Part shown: in pieces, positions 13,130-25,705 of the stretch | Layout: every line of letters begins with the position of its first letter | Numbering within the stretch: the first letter of the stretch is position 1 | Source: Macrostomum hystrix | Taxonomy: Eukaryota > Animalia > Platyhelminthes | Assembly (NCBI GenBank): GCA_950097015.1 | Contig: CATNEN010000038.1 | Coordinates: 10,478,001 to 10,542,000, forward strand | Direction of reading: 5' to 3' | Length of the DNA: 64,000 bases | The notes under the pieces: generated by a model | Told to the model about the DNA's origin: nothing | The model's input: only the letters and a program-made list of their open reading frames with translations | The model's database searches: none | Position numbers and translations under genes: made by a program

Positions 13130-15486
13130 ATGTTTTTGCTGACCAAACTCGTACGTCGTGTCTTTATCATTTTTGTATTAACTACTTATGGTGAGTTTTG
13201 AAAACTGTGCTCTCTTTACCATTTTCTTATAAGTAATGATCTTGTTTGATAGCAAACGAAACATGACATGCAAAATGAGGATTTACTTTTACATTATACA
13301 GCTACATGCATTAAATTGTTTAAGTATTCGCTGACTAACTAGAAACTCTCGCGCGAAAGATAAGTGCTTAATGATTTACTAAATGTTTAATATTATGATG
13401 CTTATATTGCATCAACCTTTTTAAAATTATACTTGCGAACTCTTAAGACCTTAATCTAAATTATCAATCCGTAGTTAGTTCGCCTATGGTGACACGCAAC
13501 GAAGAGTAGCTCGCTGAGCTAATCCCTGTACGTAACTGATTTTCGCTCGAGACGCTTACAGTGCTGGTTTAAAGAACTCGAACGGATCAGTATCTGCTGT
13601 GAAATTTATTGAAACGACAGTGAATCACTTCAGGTCTAGTCAGTTCAAGCCAATATTGATCAAGTTCATGTTTTTTTCATATGTTATACCATGTAAATTA
13701 GGCTTTGCATCATTATATATATATATTTATCTGTGTTTCAAAAACAAAAGCTTATGTGATTCTAGAAACGTTTTTACATCTGAGAAAACACATTAAATGC
13801 ATTTTACTGTGAATTTACTCAATTATACTCAAATAGACCCAAATAATCTTCTTGTTCTTTATTATAAACATCCGCGTATATTACAGGGCATCATTTAACA
13901 ATCTGCATCTCTGCATCTCAGGGTGTCTACCACTCTGCATCTCAGGGTGTCTACCACTCTGCATCTCAGGGTGACTACCACTCTGCATCTCAGGGTGTCT
14001 ACCACTTTGCATCTCAGGGTGACTACCACTATGCATCTCAGAGTGTCTACCACTCTGCATCTCAGGGTGTCTACCACTCTGCATCTCAGAGTGTCTACCA
14101 CTCTGCATCTCAGAGTGTCTACCACTCTGCATCTCAGGGTGTCTACCACTCTGCATCTCAGGGTGACTACCACTCTGCATCTCAGGGTGTCTACCACTCT
14201 GCATCTCAGGGTGACTACCACTCTGCATCTCAGGGTGTCTACCACTCTGCATCTCAGGGTGTCTACCACTCTGCATCTCAGGGTGACTACCACTCTGCAT
14301 CTCAGGGTGTCTACCACTTTGCATCTCAGGGTGACTACCACTATGCATCTCAGAGTGTCTACCACTCTGCATCTCAGGGTGTCTACCACTCTGCATCTCA
14401 GAGTGTCTACCACTCTGCATCTCAGAGTGTCTACCACTCTGCATCTCAGGGTGTCTACCACTCTGCATCTCAGGGTGACTACCACTCTGCATCTCAGGGT
14501 GTCTACCACTCTGCATCTCAGGGTGACTACCACTCTGCATCTCAGGGTGACTACCACTCTGCATCTCAGGGTGTCTACCACTCTGCATCTCAGGGTGTCT
14601 ACCACTCTGCATCTCAGGGTGACTACCACTCTGCATCTCAGGGTGTCTACCACTCTGCATCTCAGGGTGACTACCACTCTGCATCTCAGGGTGACTACCA
14701 CTCTGCATCTCAGGGTGTCTACCACTCTGCATCTCAGGGTGACTACCACTCTGCATCTCAGGGTGTCTACCACTCTGCATCTCAGGGTGACTACCACTCT
14801 GCATCTCAGGGTGTCTACCACTCTGCATCTCAGGGTGTCTACCACTCTGCATCTCATGGTGTCCGCCACTGTGTATCTCAGGGTGTCTACCACTCTGCAT
14901 CTCATGGTGTCCGCCACTGTGTATCTCATGGTGGCCGCCACTCTGCATCTCAGGGTGTCTACCACTCTGCATCTCAGGGTGTTAACCCGAAATCTCCAAC
15001 ACAGTGTCAAAGCTATGTTAAAGAAAGAATTCCATTTACTGACACGAGTTATTTTAAAAAAATAATTATACTACTATATCAGTTAATTATATAAAACAAG
15101 GGCTTCTGTAAAAGTGGTGTGAGCATAACCAACTTCTTTCAGAAGCCCAGGCTAGAGGCGTTCGCACACACTCATACTACTCATACGGCAGCTATTCTAG
15201 CGATCTACCTCTTGGAGCTTATATTGGCTTATCATTTGGCTGCTCGATTTTGCTCTCCTGCTGCGTCACCACCTGCTGCCGTTACTGCATCAGGAATGAT
15301 AGACGCAGGCAGCAGCTAGAGGAACAGCAAAGGTTCTTGCGGGCGCAGCGTTTCTATCAAAGTTCGCACCAGCGTCCGATTCAAGTCAATGGCGGCAATG
15401 CCGAGCCGGATAATCCACCAGCGCTAGGACCTCCGCCATCCTACAGCTCAGCTGTTGGCAATGCCCACTGCTTAAGCAATCAGTAG
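13130..15486 (+). CDS. Small type I membrane protein, family member A (134 aa); exons 13130-13190, 15143-15486
   Basis: Exon 1 MFLLTKLVRRVFIIFVLTTY (signal-like) with phase-1 GTGAGT donor; exon 2 after tttcag reads EAQARGVRTHSYYSYGSYSS, Cys-rich TM, ...PPPSYSSAV. Confidence 0.8.
13903..14982. repeat. 24-bp minisatellite (ctctgcatctcagggtg[t/a]ctacca), ~45 copies, intronic
   Basis: Direct tandem array inside the intron of the 13130 gene. Confidence 0.97.
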
Positions 15487-15991
15487 TTGCCAAACTGTGC
15501 TCGAAATTTTGATGTTACAAGTATTAATCCGGGCTGGTGCTAACGATAATTAAACCCATTATTTCTGCTACCCAGACCCTTAAAGCTATACTTATATGAA
15601 CACTGGTTAGCATTGTGCTATATAGCTCGTAGCTGAATTTTCTGTCAAAAGGACTAGTAAAATTTTGCAGTATAATACAATTGTATAAACAGCGATGGAT
15701 ATCGATATCATAATGGATATTTATGGATGATGCAAATAGCTGCAGATAAAATGTGTCGCTCGTAACGCGGACATGCTTCACATACACGCCAAGTTGCACG
15801 TGTAAATTAGCTTTATTGCACGCCGCATACCGATGGAGCGGAAATCCGGTGCTGCTGGGGCAGCTGATATATTGCCTGACAGTAATATGGTTTCTCTATA
15901 AAACTTATGTCTTTATTTATTTAAATAGACTTGGGCATTCCACTGAACAGTAGCATGAGTAGGTCACTTTTACACGAGTGATCCAAATTAA

Positions 15992-16331
15992 GGTACGAGT
16001 GGCGTAGCCACGATTTTTGGCGAGGGGGTGCGTGCCTTTTGGAAGCGCCACTACTGAGGGGCGCCACTGCTAGGGGCGCCCCTACCACATGGGGGCGCCA
16101 CTTCCACATGGGGGCGCTACTACTACATGGGGGCGCGACTACCACATTGAGGGTGTCATTACCACGGGCGACACTACCACATGGGGGCGCCACTACCATA
16201 CGGGGGGCGCCACTACCATACGGGGGGCGCCACTACCAAGGGCGCCACTTTCACATGGGGGGCCACTACCACTACCACTACCAAGAGCGCCACTACTCGT
16301 TGGCGCCACAAACCAGGGCGCGGACTCGTAC
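15992..16331. mobile_element. Non-autonomous DNA-element-like insert with internal ggggcgccactacca(cat) repeats
   Basis: Ends gtacgagt/actcgtac are inverted; about a dozen GC-rich internal repeats. Confidence 0.55.
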
Positions 16332-16480
16332 AATGGGGCGCCACAAAGTTTCGTCAGCCGATCTGGGTTGTCACCCAGCTGGCTATTTCTTTTAATGAAA
16401 AGACTGTAACGTTGTAGAAGCGAACTTAATCATGTAGCTTTTTGCGTGCTGACATGCTGTCTGTCACGTGAATCTGCGCG

Positions 16481-16813
16481 TCACTCTCCGAACGTCATTC
16501 CGACTGTCTCGCTGTGACAGCCTGGAAACAGGGCCTGGTCCAAGTCCATGGCAACGGCGGTGGCATCCTCGTCCTTCATGGCCTCGGCTTTAGAGAACAG
16601 GCTGCGGGCCATGAGGCCGGTGGCCAGAACGCAGAGGGTGCCGAGGCTGGCCACCAAGATGAGGGTGGACCGCGGATTCGGGCCATCGTCAGCTGAATGC
16701 TGCTGAATGCTGTCGTCATCGCCGGCTGTGGCTAGGGTGCTGTTGCTGGCGCTGTAGATTGACACTGTGCCGATTGTTGAGTTGATCAAGAAGCTTGTCA
16801 GCAGGCGATCCAT
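16481..16813 (-). CDS. Small single-pass membrane protein (~110 aa)
   Basis: GC-rich ORF from ATG 16813; two NST sequons, hydrophobic helix TLILVASLGTLCVLATGLMA, acidic tail. Confidence 0.6.
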   Translation of the reverse strand: MDRLLTSFLINSTIGTVSIYSASNSTLATAGDDDSIQQHSADDGPNPRSTLILVASLGTLCVLATGLMARSLFSKAEAMKDEDATAVAMDLDQALFPGCHSETVGMTFGE

Positions 16814-16960
16814 GACTTCACGCGGATCGATTTGATGGCCATACGGAGATGTCATACACCTATAATGGCTTATATGCAGTAAATTGCATGGGATCAATTT
16901 GATTGGATGAGCGCATATTCAATATAAATCGCTTCATGGTGATATTCACATGAATATGAA

Positions 16961-17241
16961 GGGACTGTAGCCTACCGGTTGGACAATTACGACTTGAAGT
17001 CGAGGGTTCGATTCTTGACTAGACAGAACAATTTGTGTCCTTTAGCTATAGACGCTTAGCTCTGCATTGCTTCAGTTCACGCAGCTGTTAATTGGGTTCT
17101 AGTATCAGCTGGGACATTTTAAGGTAGGCGTAGCGGCCTCCCAGTTCATGGACCGAACAGCCGTAAGCAGCCTTCAAATGCGCCGCGCAATAGCTGCGAC
17201 TGTGCAGTCGGGTTCATATATGACCCAATTAGGGCAGGTGT
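16961..17241 (+). mobile_element. tRNA-derived SINE, family C
   Basis: GGTTCGATTC B box, then central tgtgtcctt...cattgcttcagttcacgcagctgttaattggg; related pieces at ~55122-55290 (minus) and ~59614-59716. Confidence 0.7.
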
Positions 17242-18530
17242 AATCTATTACAACTATTTTTTTCTATTATCGCATTAATGTTAACTAGAGCCTCGAACTA
17301 TCGTAAAAGGTGTGTCACCATGACTCATCAATAGGTAATGTGCAGTGTATTATAAAGTTTCTAAACCACAGTAAGATAAGGTACCAAGCACTGTTGATAC
17401 CTACCAGAGAGGAGACACACACATGTAACAGTAACACTATTTTATTGATTAAATGCACAGGTGAAAAAAATAAGCGGTACTAATTGCTCAACCACTCACC
17501 TCCATCAGATGCAACCTCATGGACAGTATTGGGTGACCAATTATTTTTTAAGCTGTTATATTATCACTAGAACCCACAATATACTACTTGTGGCTTTTGC
17601 GTATTTCAGTAGTCCGCGCTAAAAGCAAGCATAATAAGTGAACGTATGCAGCCATTAATCTAGAACAACTGGTGTTTTGAATCTTCGTTGAGGTCTTTGT
17701 GCATTAAGGGGACTTTTTAATTAGCACTAAATCAATAATCTAAAAATGATTGAGACACATTTTAGGTAAGACATTGAGTTTTTGTTATTTTGCTAATATA
17801 ATAGCTATCGATAGCAAATATAAAGAAATTACAATGCGCTTTAGACCCATATGTATTATTATACTACAGTAAACATTTCACTCGTAAGCACTCGTTATAA
17901 GTAGGGTACTATTTTATTATGAGTAGAAGCATTGAATCGAGCTGCAATTTATCAAGGTAAAATTAAAGAAAATTGGTTATTACTTAAACTGGGAAAAAGT
18001 TTTCTATTGCACATGAAAATGAGATTCTCTGTAAAAACAGCGATGATAAGAACCTTAGCCAATCTGAAACACTAAAGGAGAGGAGGACGTTATATATCGT
18101 TATATATAGTACGAGGTAAACGTGCCACGACGTAAAGCCCTTGATAGTATGACTGCTGTAAGCCTATTGCAGCCAATAATGATGATAAAAATTTTATGCA
18201 AAAGACACTAATTGCACATATGTGAGGAATCATAATTTAAATAAAGACATTTCTAAAAGTTTAGGTTTTAAGCAGAAATATCCATCTTAAATTAAAATCT
18301 GAGTTAATAAAAGCTTAGGTAAGAATTCAAAGAAATAATCTGACGAAAATAAAAAGCGGAGAGGTACGTACACAGTTAGAAACCTATATAAAACAAAGAA
18401 TTTACGTAAAGCCGGAAATCTTTTCTACAAAACTACAGGGTACGCAAACTAGTTTTCTTTATATTTTTGTTTTAAAACGCTCACACGACAGCTCTAGAGA
18501 TTGTTGCTCTTAAAAAACAACAAAACATCC

Positions 18531-19253
18531 TTAAATAGCAGCAACAGACGAGTAGGAAGGAGGCGGCGGCATTTGAGAAGTCTCATTTGGCCCACCTTGG
18601 CCAGGGTAGATTGAGTAATCGGCCAGGCCAGGCGCGTCCGGCTGCATTGGAGGCGCATCTCTGGCTGGCCCAGTTGGCATAGCAAACGATGACAAGTTGG
18701 GGTCCACAGGATTTTCACCCAGCTCAGCACTTGGCTGACAGAGCGGTTGCAGTTGCGCCGCTTTATCGGCAGCGAAAGAGGCCGAGTTGGCGCCACTCTT
18801 GCCTCGAGTCGGCTTCTGCTCGGCCTCAGGCTCGTCGAACTTTTTGCGATTTTTAATTACATAGCCTAGAAAAGCCAGTAGCAGGCCAATAATGACCGCT
18901 GAGACAACAATCAGCATCACAATGCCAAACACGGAGGTTTCACCGCCACCACCGCCGGTGCTAGATCTATAAGAATAAGAGCTCACATAAGATCTGTAAC
19001 TAGAGCTGCGGTATGATGAGAACCTGGCACCGCCGCCGCCGCGTGATCCACCTTTGCTTGAGACGCCTGAGTTTATTAGTAGGATAAATAGATAGTTAAA
19101 CAAATAAAAAAACTAATGGAAAGGAAACAACAGATTCCGAAATATTAATCCCAAAGGAAAAATAGTTGCATAGAACTTGACTGAATAGAAAAATATGCAT
19201 AATAACAACAACAGCAAAAATGTACACACACAAAAATGTAAAGCCTGCAACAT
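18531..19253 (-). CDS. Small type I membrane protein, family member B; exon 2 19066-18531, probable exon 1 19253-19181
   Basis: Exon 2: GVSSKGGSRGGGGARFSSYRSSSYRSY, TM, KNRKK, LADYSIYP, PPPPSY. Candidate signal exon MLQALHFCVCTFLLLLLLCIFFYS has a non-canonical donor, so the 5' end is uncertain. Confidence 0.75.
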
Positions 19254-22233
19254 CGAACCAAGTTTGACTCATTTCAATGGCTTGTTCTCATGGCCATCAA
19301 ATCAAATGCTGTGTAAAAATTACATTTTAATGCTGTTTAATCTCCAGCTCGCTCACCATGCATCATGATTTAGCAAGTGGCCTCTCATGTATGACTGGGT
19401 GTTACTACACATAAACCTAAAAGTACAAATGTACAAATCTATCTAAACTAGACAAAGTAGGAGAAATAAAAGGTCAGAGTAGACATGCAATAGGATCTAG
19501 CAGTGTCCAATTGTGAAAAATTAAGTTAGGGCCTAACCTTGGCACGCAAAATGAAATTTCTCCTTTTCTTTTGGCTTCTGTCATGCATGTCTGTCTTTCA
19601 TCTACATACATAATATATAATGATCTAGACTGTTGACTATGGCTTAGCTAGTATAGGTATATGGCTTAGAACAATAACATCAACAATATCCTATAGTCTA
19701 GATCATATATTCTATGTTAGAAATTTCCAGCATAAAATTTGGGTGCCAAAATCCTGTTGACAATGACATAGATATCACAGCAAAAAAACTGGCATATATT
19801 CTAGTGTAAATCTATGTTGCAAAATTTTGAATGGAATAAGAAACAAGTCATTTATTTGCACAACTTTGGTTGCAATTTTGAAAATTAGGCAATGTTGTTG
19901 CACATAAAAGTAAATTTATGGACTTATATGTTTTTCCTTTGTAACAAATTTTCTTAGATATTTATTTTATTTTTTTTGTTTATATTTCTGCTCTTTGACT
20001 TTGATACTGTTCAATGTTAAAAATGTTCTTAATTACAAACGTAAAGCATTGCAGGCTTATTATTATTTATCTCATTTAATGAAAAAAAAATTAATTCCTG
20101 TTAAAAAAGCTATTTGATGCTAACCACTATGTGCATTTTTCTAAATAATGTGTCTTGTTTTCTGATTGGAGTAATTTGGTGTAAAATTTTGGGACCAGTT
20201 TTCTACTTGGTCAAATTTTGCACAAAATGAAGAAAGCATCTCCAGCTTTTTATGGCATATGGCCAGCATGATCCAGACCGAGGACAACAACAACTTATAC
20301 TAGCCCTAAGAAAAAAAAGTTTAAATTAAGCAAGATCATACTAGGGCATATGTTTAAATACTTTCATGACTCAAATCTGACCATATTGGCATAATAAATT
20401 AGGTGGCCTAACCATTATTATCAGATATACTTATGCCATTGTGGTCAAATATAATTCCTTGGCCCTATGACCATTTAAGGCCAGTGACAATAGCTGTGAG
20501 TCTGTGACAAATTTTTTATAGGTGTAGACTGAATGCAAGTAGGTTTAAATAATTGACATAACCACCAACAGTCTCTCCAACAACAGCCCTAAATATAAAT
20601 GCTGGTCATTACTGTTTTCAAAAAAATCCAACAATTTTACCAACCCATACAATGGTAATTACCCTATTACCCAGTACCCAAATGATCATAGCTACATACC
20701 TGATAGGGAAATAATAAACAGCAAAATCGATAGAGCCCTTCCTTCACAAGTTAAAACGTTCATAGTTTTAGGAATCAAATATAGCCTGTAATGACCTTGT
20801 AGCGACCTTAATGTTAATTCGCGAAACTCATACGGTGCGAAAATATCGACTTCTATAGAAAATTCTTTGATATAGCACAAATTAAACTTCGCCATTTTTT
20901 CTACATTTTCCTTGAGTACAGAAATCGCATATTTAACCATAAATTATTGTATATAAAATTGTAATTATGCAATTATGCAAACTCAATATGCGCCCACAAC
21001 AAACTATAATAATAAGTTGCTCGAGTAAATTTGTTTTACCGAAGAGTATATTTCTAAGAACTTCCGGAAACACTAAAATTATAAATATACTGCATCCGAT
21101 CCAGCAATTAATCAAGCCTTTCTGATCTCATCCGAGACTCAACAAGCAATACAAAAATCCACCACAAAACTGCTACAAGCTAGTAGGGCCTACTTAAAAT
21201 CAAAAATACATATGTAAAAATGGTAAAATGGAAAATGGAAAAAAGTGCAGTATTGTTTAGTTTTAAGTGTGTAAATTAATGCAGAATCAATTCAGTAGTC
21301 AGTATATACGCGATTCATTAACTTAAGGACTCCGTTATTGATAGTTAAGAATTTTTTGGCCTATTTCCAAGGAAACCAGTTGCACGATTTAAGTAAAGCC
21401 AAGAAAAGTAAAAAACAGCTCTTTCGTATTTCTTGAAATACCAGCGCAATAACTAAATTGAGTTCAGTGCAACTAAAACTAAATAGACATAAGCTTATTA
21501 AAATCAAGGTTTTTGGCAAATAACTAACTTGTTGAAAACAACAATGGGCAATGTTCTACTTCCGTTCGTTATATTATTTTTTTGTTTGCAAACGACAGAT
21601 AACGACAAAAATCAAGTTTAACGGTAACAAAAAGTCAGTAGTTTGGTCAGACAGTTCTGAAAAGTCTTGGTCAGTCTTTCTTCTTTCAAACCGGGTAAGT
21701 GCCTAATCCAGTAGAGGAAGGCACCGAAGCTATTCTTGGGGTTAGACTGCGCCATAAGAACTCTCTGAGGTGGCTTTCGAATAGAGTAGCACTCGTGCCA
21801 TGAATTTGACGCAGCTTGGCCTTCGTGAAATTTTCAGCTGCAGAATTTCTGTGCTTTAGCTTCCTGTTCCCCCATATTTGCAGGATTTTGCCATATAGAC
21901 ATAGATCCAGGTGTCAAGTCACGGCAAAGCCACGTCAGCATAACTTTTTTAAAACTCAGAATGCACGTGTGGCACGAATACAAACGAAAAAATAATTTAA
22001 CGAACGGAAGCTGAACATTGCCCAACAATGACTCTGCGGGTTTGTTTAGAAAATACCATTCGATAATTTTAACAATGTCATTTGCAAAAAATGTTGTTTT
22101 TCTTTTTTTTGCAAAGAACACCGAAGAGCCATTACTATCAATGTACTAGATTTTTAGCAGATATACATAACAGTATATCGTCATTCTATATTCCTTAAAT
22201 AGTTCGTTAGGGACTGCGGATTAATTAAATATA

Positions 22234-22511
22234 TACAATACAATACAACGACGCAAGGTGCAAGATGGTCAACGGGGCACTCTTGCGCGCACGCGGTCAA
22301 GGAAAAGGGGGGCAGGGCAGATCGCAGCAGTTCTAGGGGTCAGACCGATCGCTTCTAGGTCGGCCACCAATGTAGCGCCTAAAGTCTGGTTCCGACCCTG
22401 GCCACGACGCAGTCGCTCGGTTAATTGGCTGGTTGAGGGTGACCAAAGCCAGGGGGTTGTCCTCGCCGCGGGCTGTTCTCCGCAAGCAGTGCCCCTGGAC
22501 GCAGGGTGACG
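22234..22511 (-). mobile_element. 5'-truncated RTE-type LINE 3' end
   Basis: Minus strand reads GHCLRR..NPLALVTLNQP / ERLRRGQGR..TL..DL (RTE ORF2 C-terminal pattern) followed by a (TTGTA)n tail. Confidence 0.7.
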
Positions 22512-23844
22512 CTCATGGACGGTATCACGATGTGATATATTCTCTGTTGTGTCAAATTATATCGCGAAGCCAAGCAGGTAGTGTCAGATGGCTTTTGAAA
22601 CTGGGGTATAAATCGTTAAGTATATAACGTCATTGAAAGGCCCGCAGTAATGCAACTCGGTATTAGAAACTTTAGTGGGTGAAACAGCAAATAAGCAGTT
22701 TAGGAGGACGAGCTATATACAGAAAAACTTTACGACAAGATTTCTCTGAAGTAGGGTTCTCAGCACATTGCGGCAGACAAATCACCATTTTTAGAAATTT
22801 GCGCGGGCAAGTCGAATTTTTCTGGAGTCAAATCAACATTTAACCGACATAGTAAAAGTGAGTAGTCAATATATAACCAATAGTTTTTATATGTATTACA
22901 GATGTTGCTTTAGAACTATACTACTATACTTGAAGTGTCAAACGTGTTAAAATAGGAAATGATAATACAAACATTTATGACGCTAACAACAAAAAATTAT
23001 GTTTTGTTTTTAGATAAGATTACAAAAAATTTCATTTACAAATTTTTGTACTAAAAAAATATTTATTTTGCATTAGATGTAAATGTACTATAATATTGCG
23101 CGCATTGTGGGTAATAATTATTGGTAAATAGAGTAAAAATGGAGGTTTCTTTGTTATTTGTTACGTTTATGACAAAAGTAAAACTACTAACTGTTATTAA
23201 GGTCTTATATAATAATAATATTTGTAGCTCTCCAGAGTCATTTGACTACAGAAAAATAGGATTATTTATACAAATTTAGAAATTTCCATCCTTGCTGGAA
23301 AGCAATCACTTTTGAAGCACAAGTGTAGCAAAAGACTAGCTTGAAACATAAAAAGCGGGTTACCTCACAAATAACTCTGGGAGTAGTTTTGCATTACTTA
23401 AATCATATAGCATAAATATACACTGTAACTAAAACGGATCGTCGCTTATTTTTCAATAAGTTATCCGAGATGCTACTGTCGTGGCGAGTCAATAAACAAC
23501 TGAACTACTTAACACTGAAACCACTTTTAATGGCCACCAGATAAATATTAATTAGCAGCAACTCGTAGAACAGAATTAGAGTAGACTAAATCATAATTCA
23601 TAGATCTACTTGCCTAATACTCATTATTATCCTACTCTGCTCTTTTTGCAGGATGGCGCCAACAACAGACAGTTTCATCAGATGTTGCAGCAAGTCAGTA
23701 AATTTCATCGTGTTGACAGTGCCTGTTGTAGCCGCTCGCTGCTTGATTGCCACTTCTAAAAAAGCGATCCATTTTTCGGAACACAGTGTAACAAATAAAC
23801 ACGGATATCCTAACACGAATTTTAAATATTTATGTTAGCAAAAT

Positions 23845-24176
23845 GGGTCTATGAGAATTTCCCGCAGGAATTTTTCCTCGCCGAGCTTTTCCCGCAGCGA
23901 GTTTTTCCCGCGACGAAAATTTGCCGCAGGTGCTTTCCCCGCACGAGATTCTCCCACTGCGAGTTTTTACCACAGCGAGAGTTTCCCCCAGGAAATTTCT
24001 CGTGATGGCCTGTTTAACTTCCTATCTACCTACCTACCTACCTGTCTGTCTGTCTGTCTGTCTGTCTGCCTGCCTGCCTGCCTGCCTGCCTGACTGGCTA
24101 CCTAGCTGTGTCGACAGACAGACAGACAGACAGACAGGTAGGGGAAAATTCTGTGCGGGAAATTCTCGTGCCCCCT
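23845..24176. mobile_element. MITE with ~30-bp TIRs and internal tetranucleotide microsatellites
   Basis: gagaatttcccgcaggaattttt ... aaaattctgtgcgggaaattctc; (CTAC)n(CTGT)n(CTGC)n followed by (CAGA)n. Confidence 0.75.
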
Positions 24177-24794
24177 AGCACCTATAATTCCATAAATAGG
24201 TAAAGCAAAAAAGCAGTACATATGATCAATAAAATTGGGACGAAATTTCATTCGGATAGAAATAGACATTATTGAAGCGAATTGCGAAAATGAGAACTTG
24301 CCAAAAAGGCTTATAGGCTTTGTAAAAGTGATATTGAAAAATATAAAATTATATGCTAAAATTCTATGGTTTCAAAGCACGTGACTAATATAGGTCGGGT
24401 CTGATTTGATCGAAACAGACATATATTGAACACGGTATTCGAACAGAAAATTTCGACAGTGACGAGAATCTGAAGCAAAATGCTATTAAACAAATAGAAC
24501 ATAAAAACTGGCACACACTATTGGTACCAGCAAAAAGGCTCCTATGTCGATTGTACTATATTCGAAATAAATTTTATTGCTGTTTGAGCGAAAAGAGCTT
24601 TTTCGGATATAACATAAACTAAACAAAAATTGCCAACAAAAAATTCATTCGCTGAAATCGATGTGAACGATGAGTTTCGTTAAAATGTAGAAATATAGCA
24701 GCAGGTTCATGGCCACATAATAATCAAATAGCCAGCTATATTGCAGCAGCTGATCTATAAAGCATTTATAAAACTATTTATACAAAACAAACTC

Positions 24795-25402
24795 AATCCT
24801 TGACGAAACCCTAAAAATCCTTGATGGAACCCCACAAATCCTTGATGGAACCCTATAAATCCTTGATGGAACCCCACAAATCCTTTATTGTACCCTACAA
24901 ATCCTTGATGGAACCTTATGAATCCTTGATAGAACCCTACAAATCCTTGATGGAACCCTACAAATCCTTGATGGAACCCTAAAAATCCTCGATGGAACCC
25001 TACAAATCCTTTATGGTACCCTATAAATCCTCGATGGAACCCTACAAATCCTTTATGGTACCCTATAAATCCTTGATGGAACCCACAAATCCTTGATGGA
25101 ACCCACAAATCCTTGATGGGACCTTATGAATCCTTGATAGAACCCTACAAATCCTTGATGGAACACTGCAAATCCTCGATGGAACCCTAAAAATCCTCGA
25201 TGGAACCCTACAAATCCTTGATGGAACCCTACAAATCCTCGATGGAACCCTACAAATCCTCGATGGAACCCCACAAATCCTTGATGGAACCCTACAAATC
25301 TATGATGTAACCCTACAAATCCTTGATCAAACCAAAAAATCATTGACGGAACCCTACAAATACGTCATGGAACCTTGCAAATCCTTGATGGAATCCTTGA
25401 TC
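24795..25402. repeat. 21-bp minisatellite (aatccttgatggaaccctaca), ~28 copies
   Basis: Tandem array; the GFHQGFV ORFs are by-products. Confidence 0.95.
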
Positions 25403-25705
25403 AAATTCCAAAAAGTCCTAGACAGACAGAAAGCTCTAAATCGCTTTCATTGAATGCATCCAATGCCTGATGGTCCTGTTTGTTTAACCCTATAAACCTA
25501 CTATGACACACTCCAGACCCCATGGCAATTCTCTAAACCCACAATTGTGACACACGCCAGACCCCAACCGCGCCAAGTCAATTCATGTATATTTGTTTAA
25601 ACCCAACCACACATGTGCTGTGCTGGCGACCAATCAGAAGACACTAGTGTGTGTCTTAGCTAAGACGCTCATTTTCCCACTAGCGATGCTCTAAAAACTG
25701 TTGGA

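Noticed and set aside
13881-15065. Three 360-380 aa ORFs
   Set aside because: Products of the 24-bp intronic array, open on both strands.
24755-25343. GFHQGFV repeat ORFs resembling a neuropeptide precursor
   Set aside because: 21-bp minisatellite with frame-breaking 20-bp units; no signal peptide or dibasic cleavage sites.
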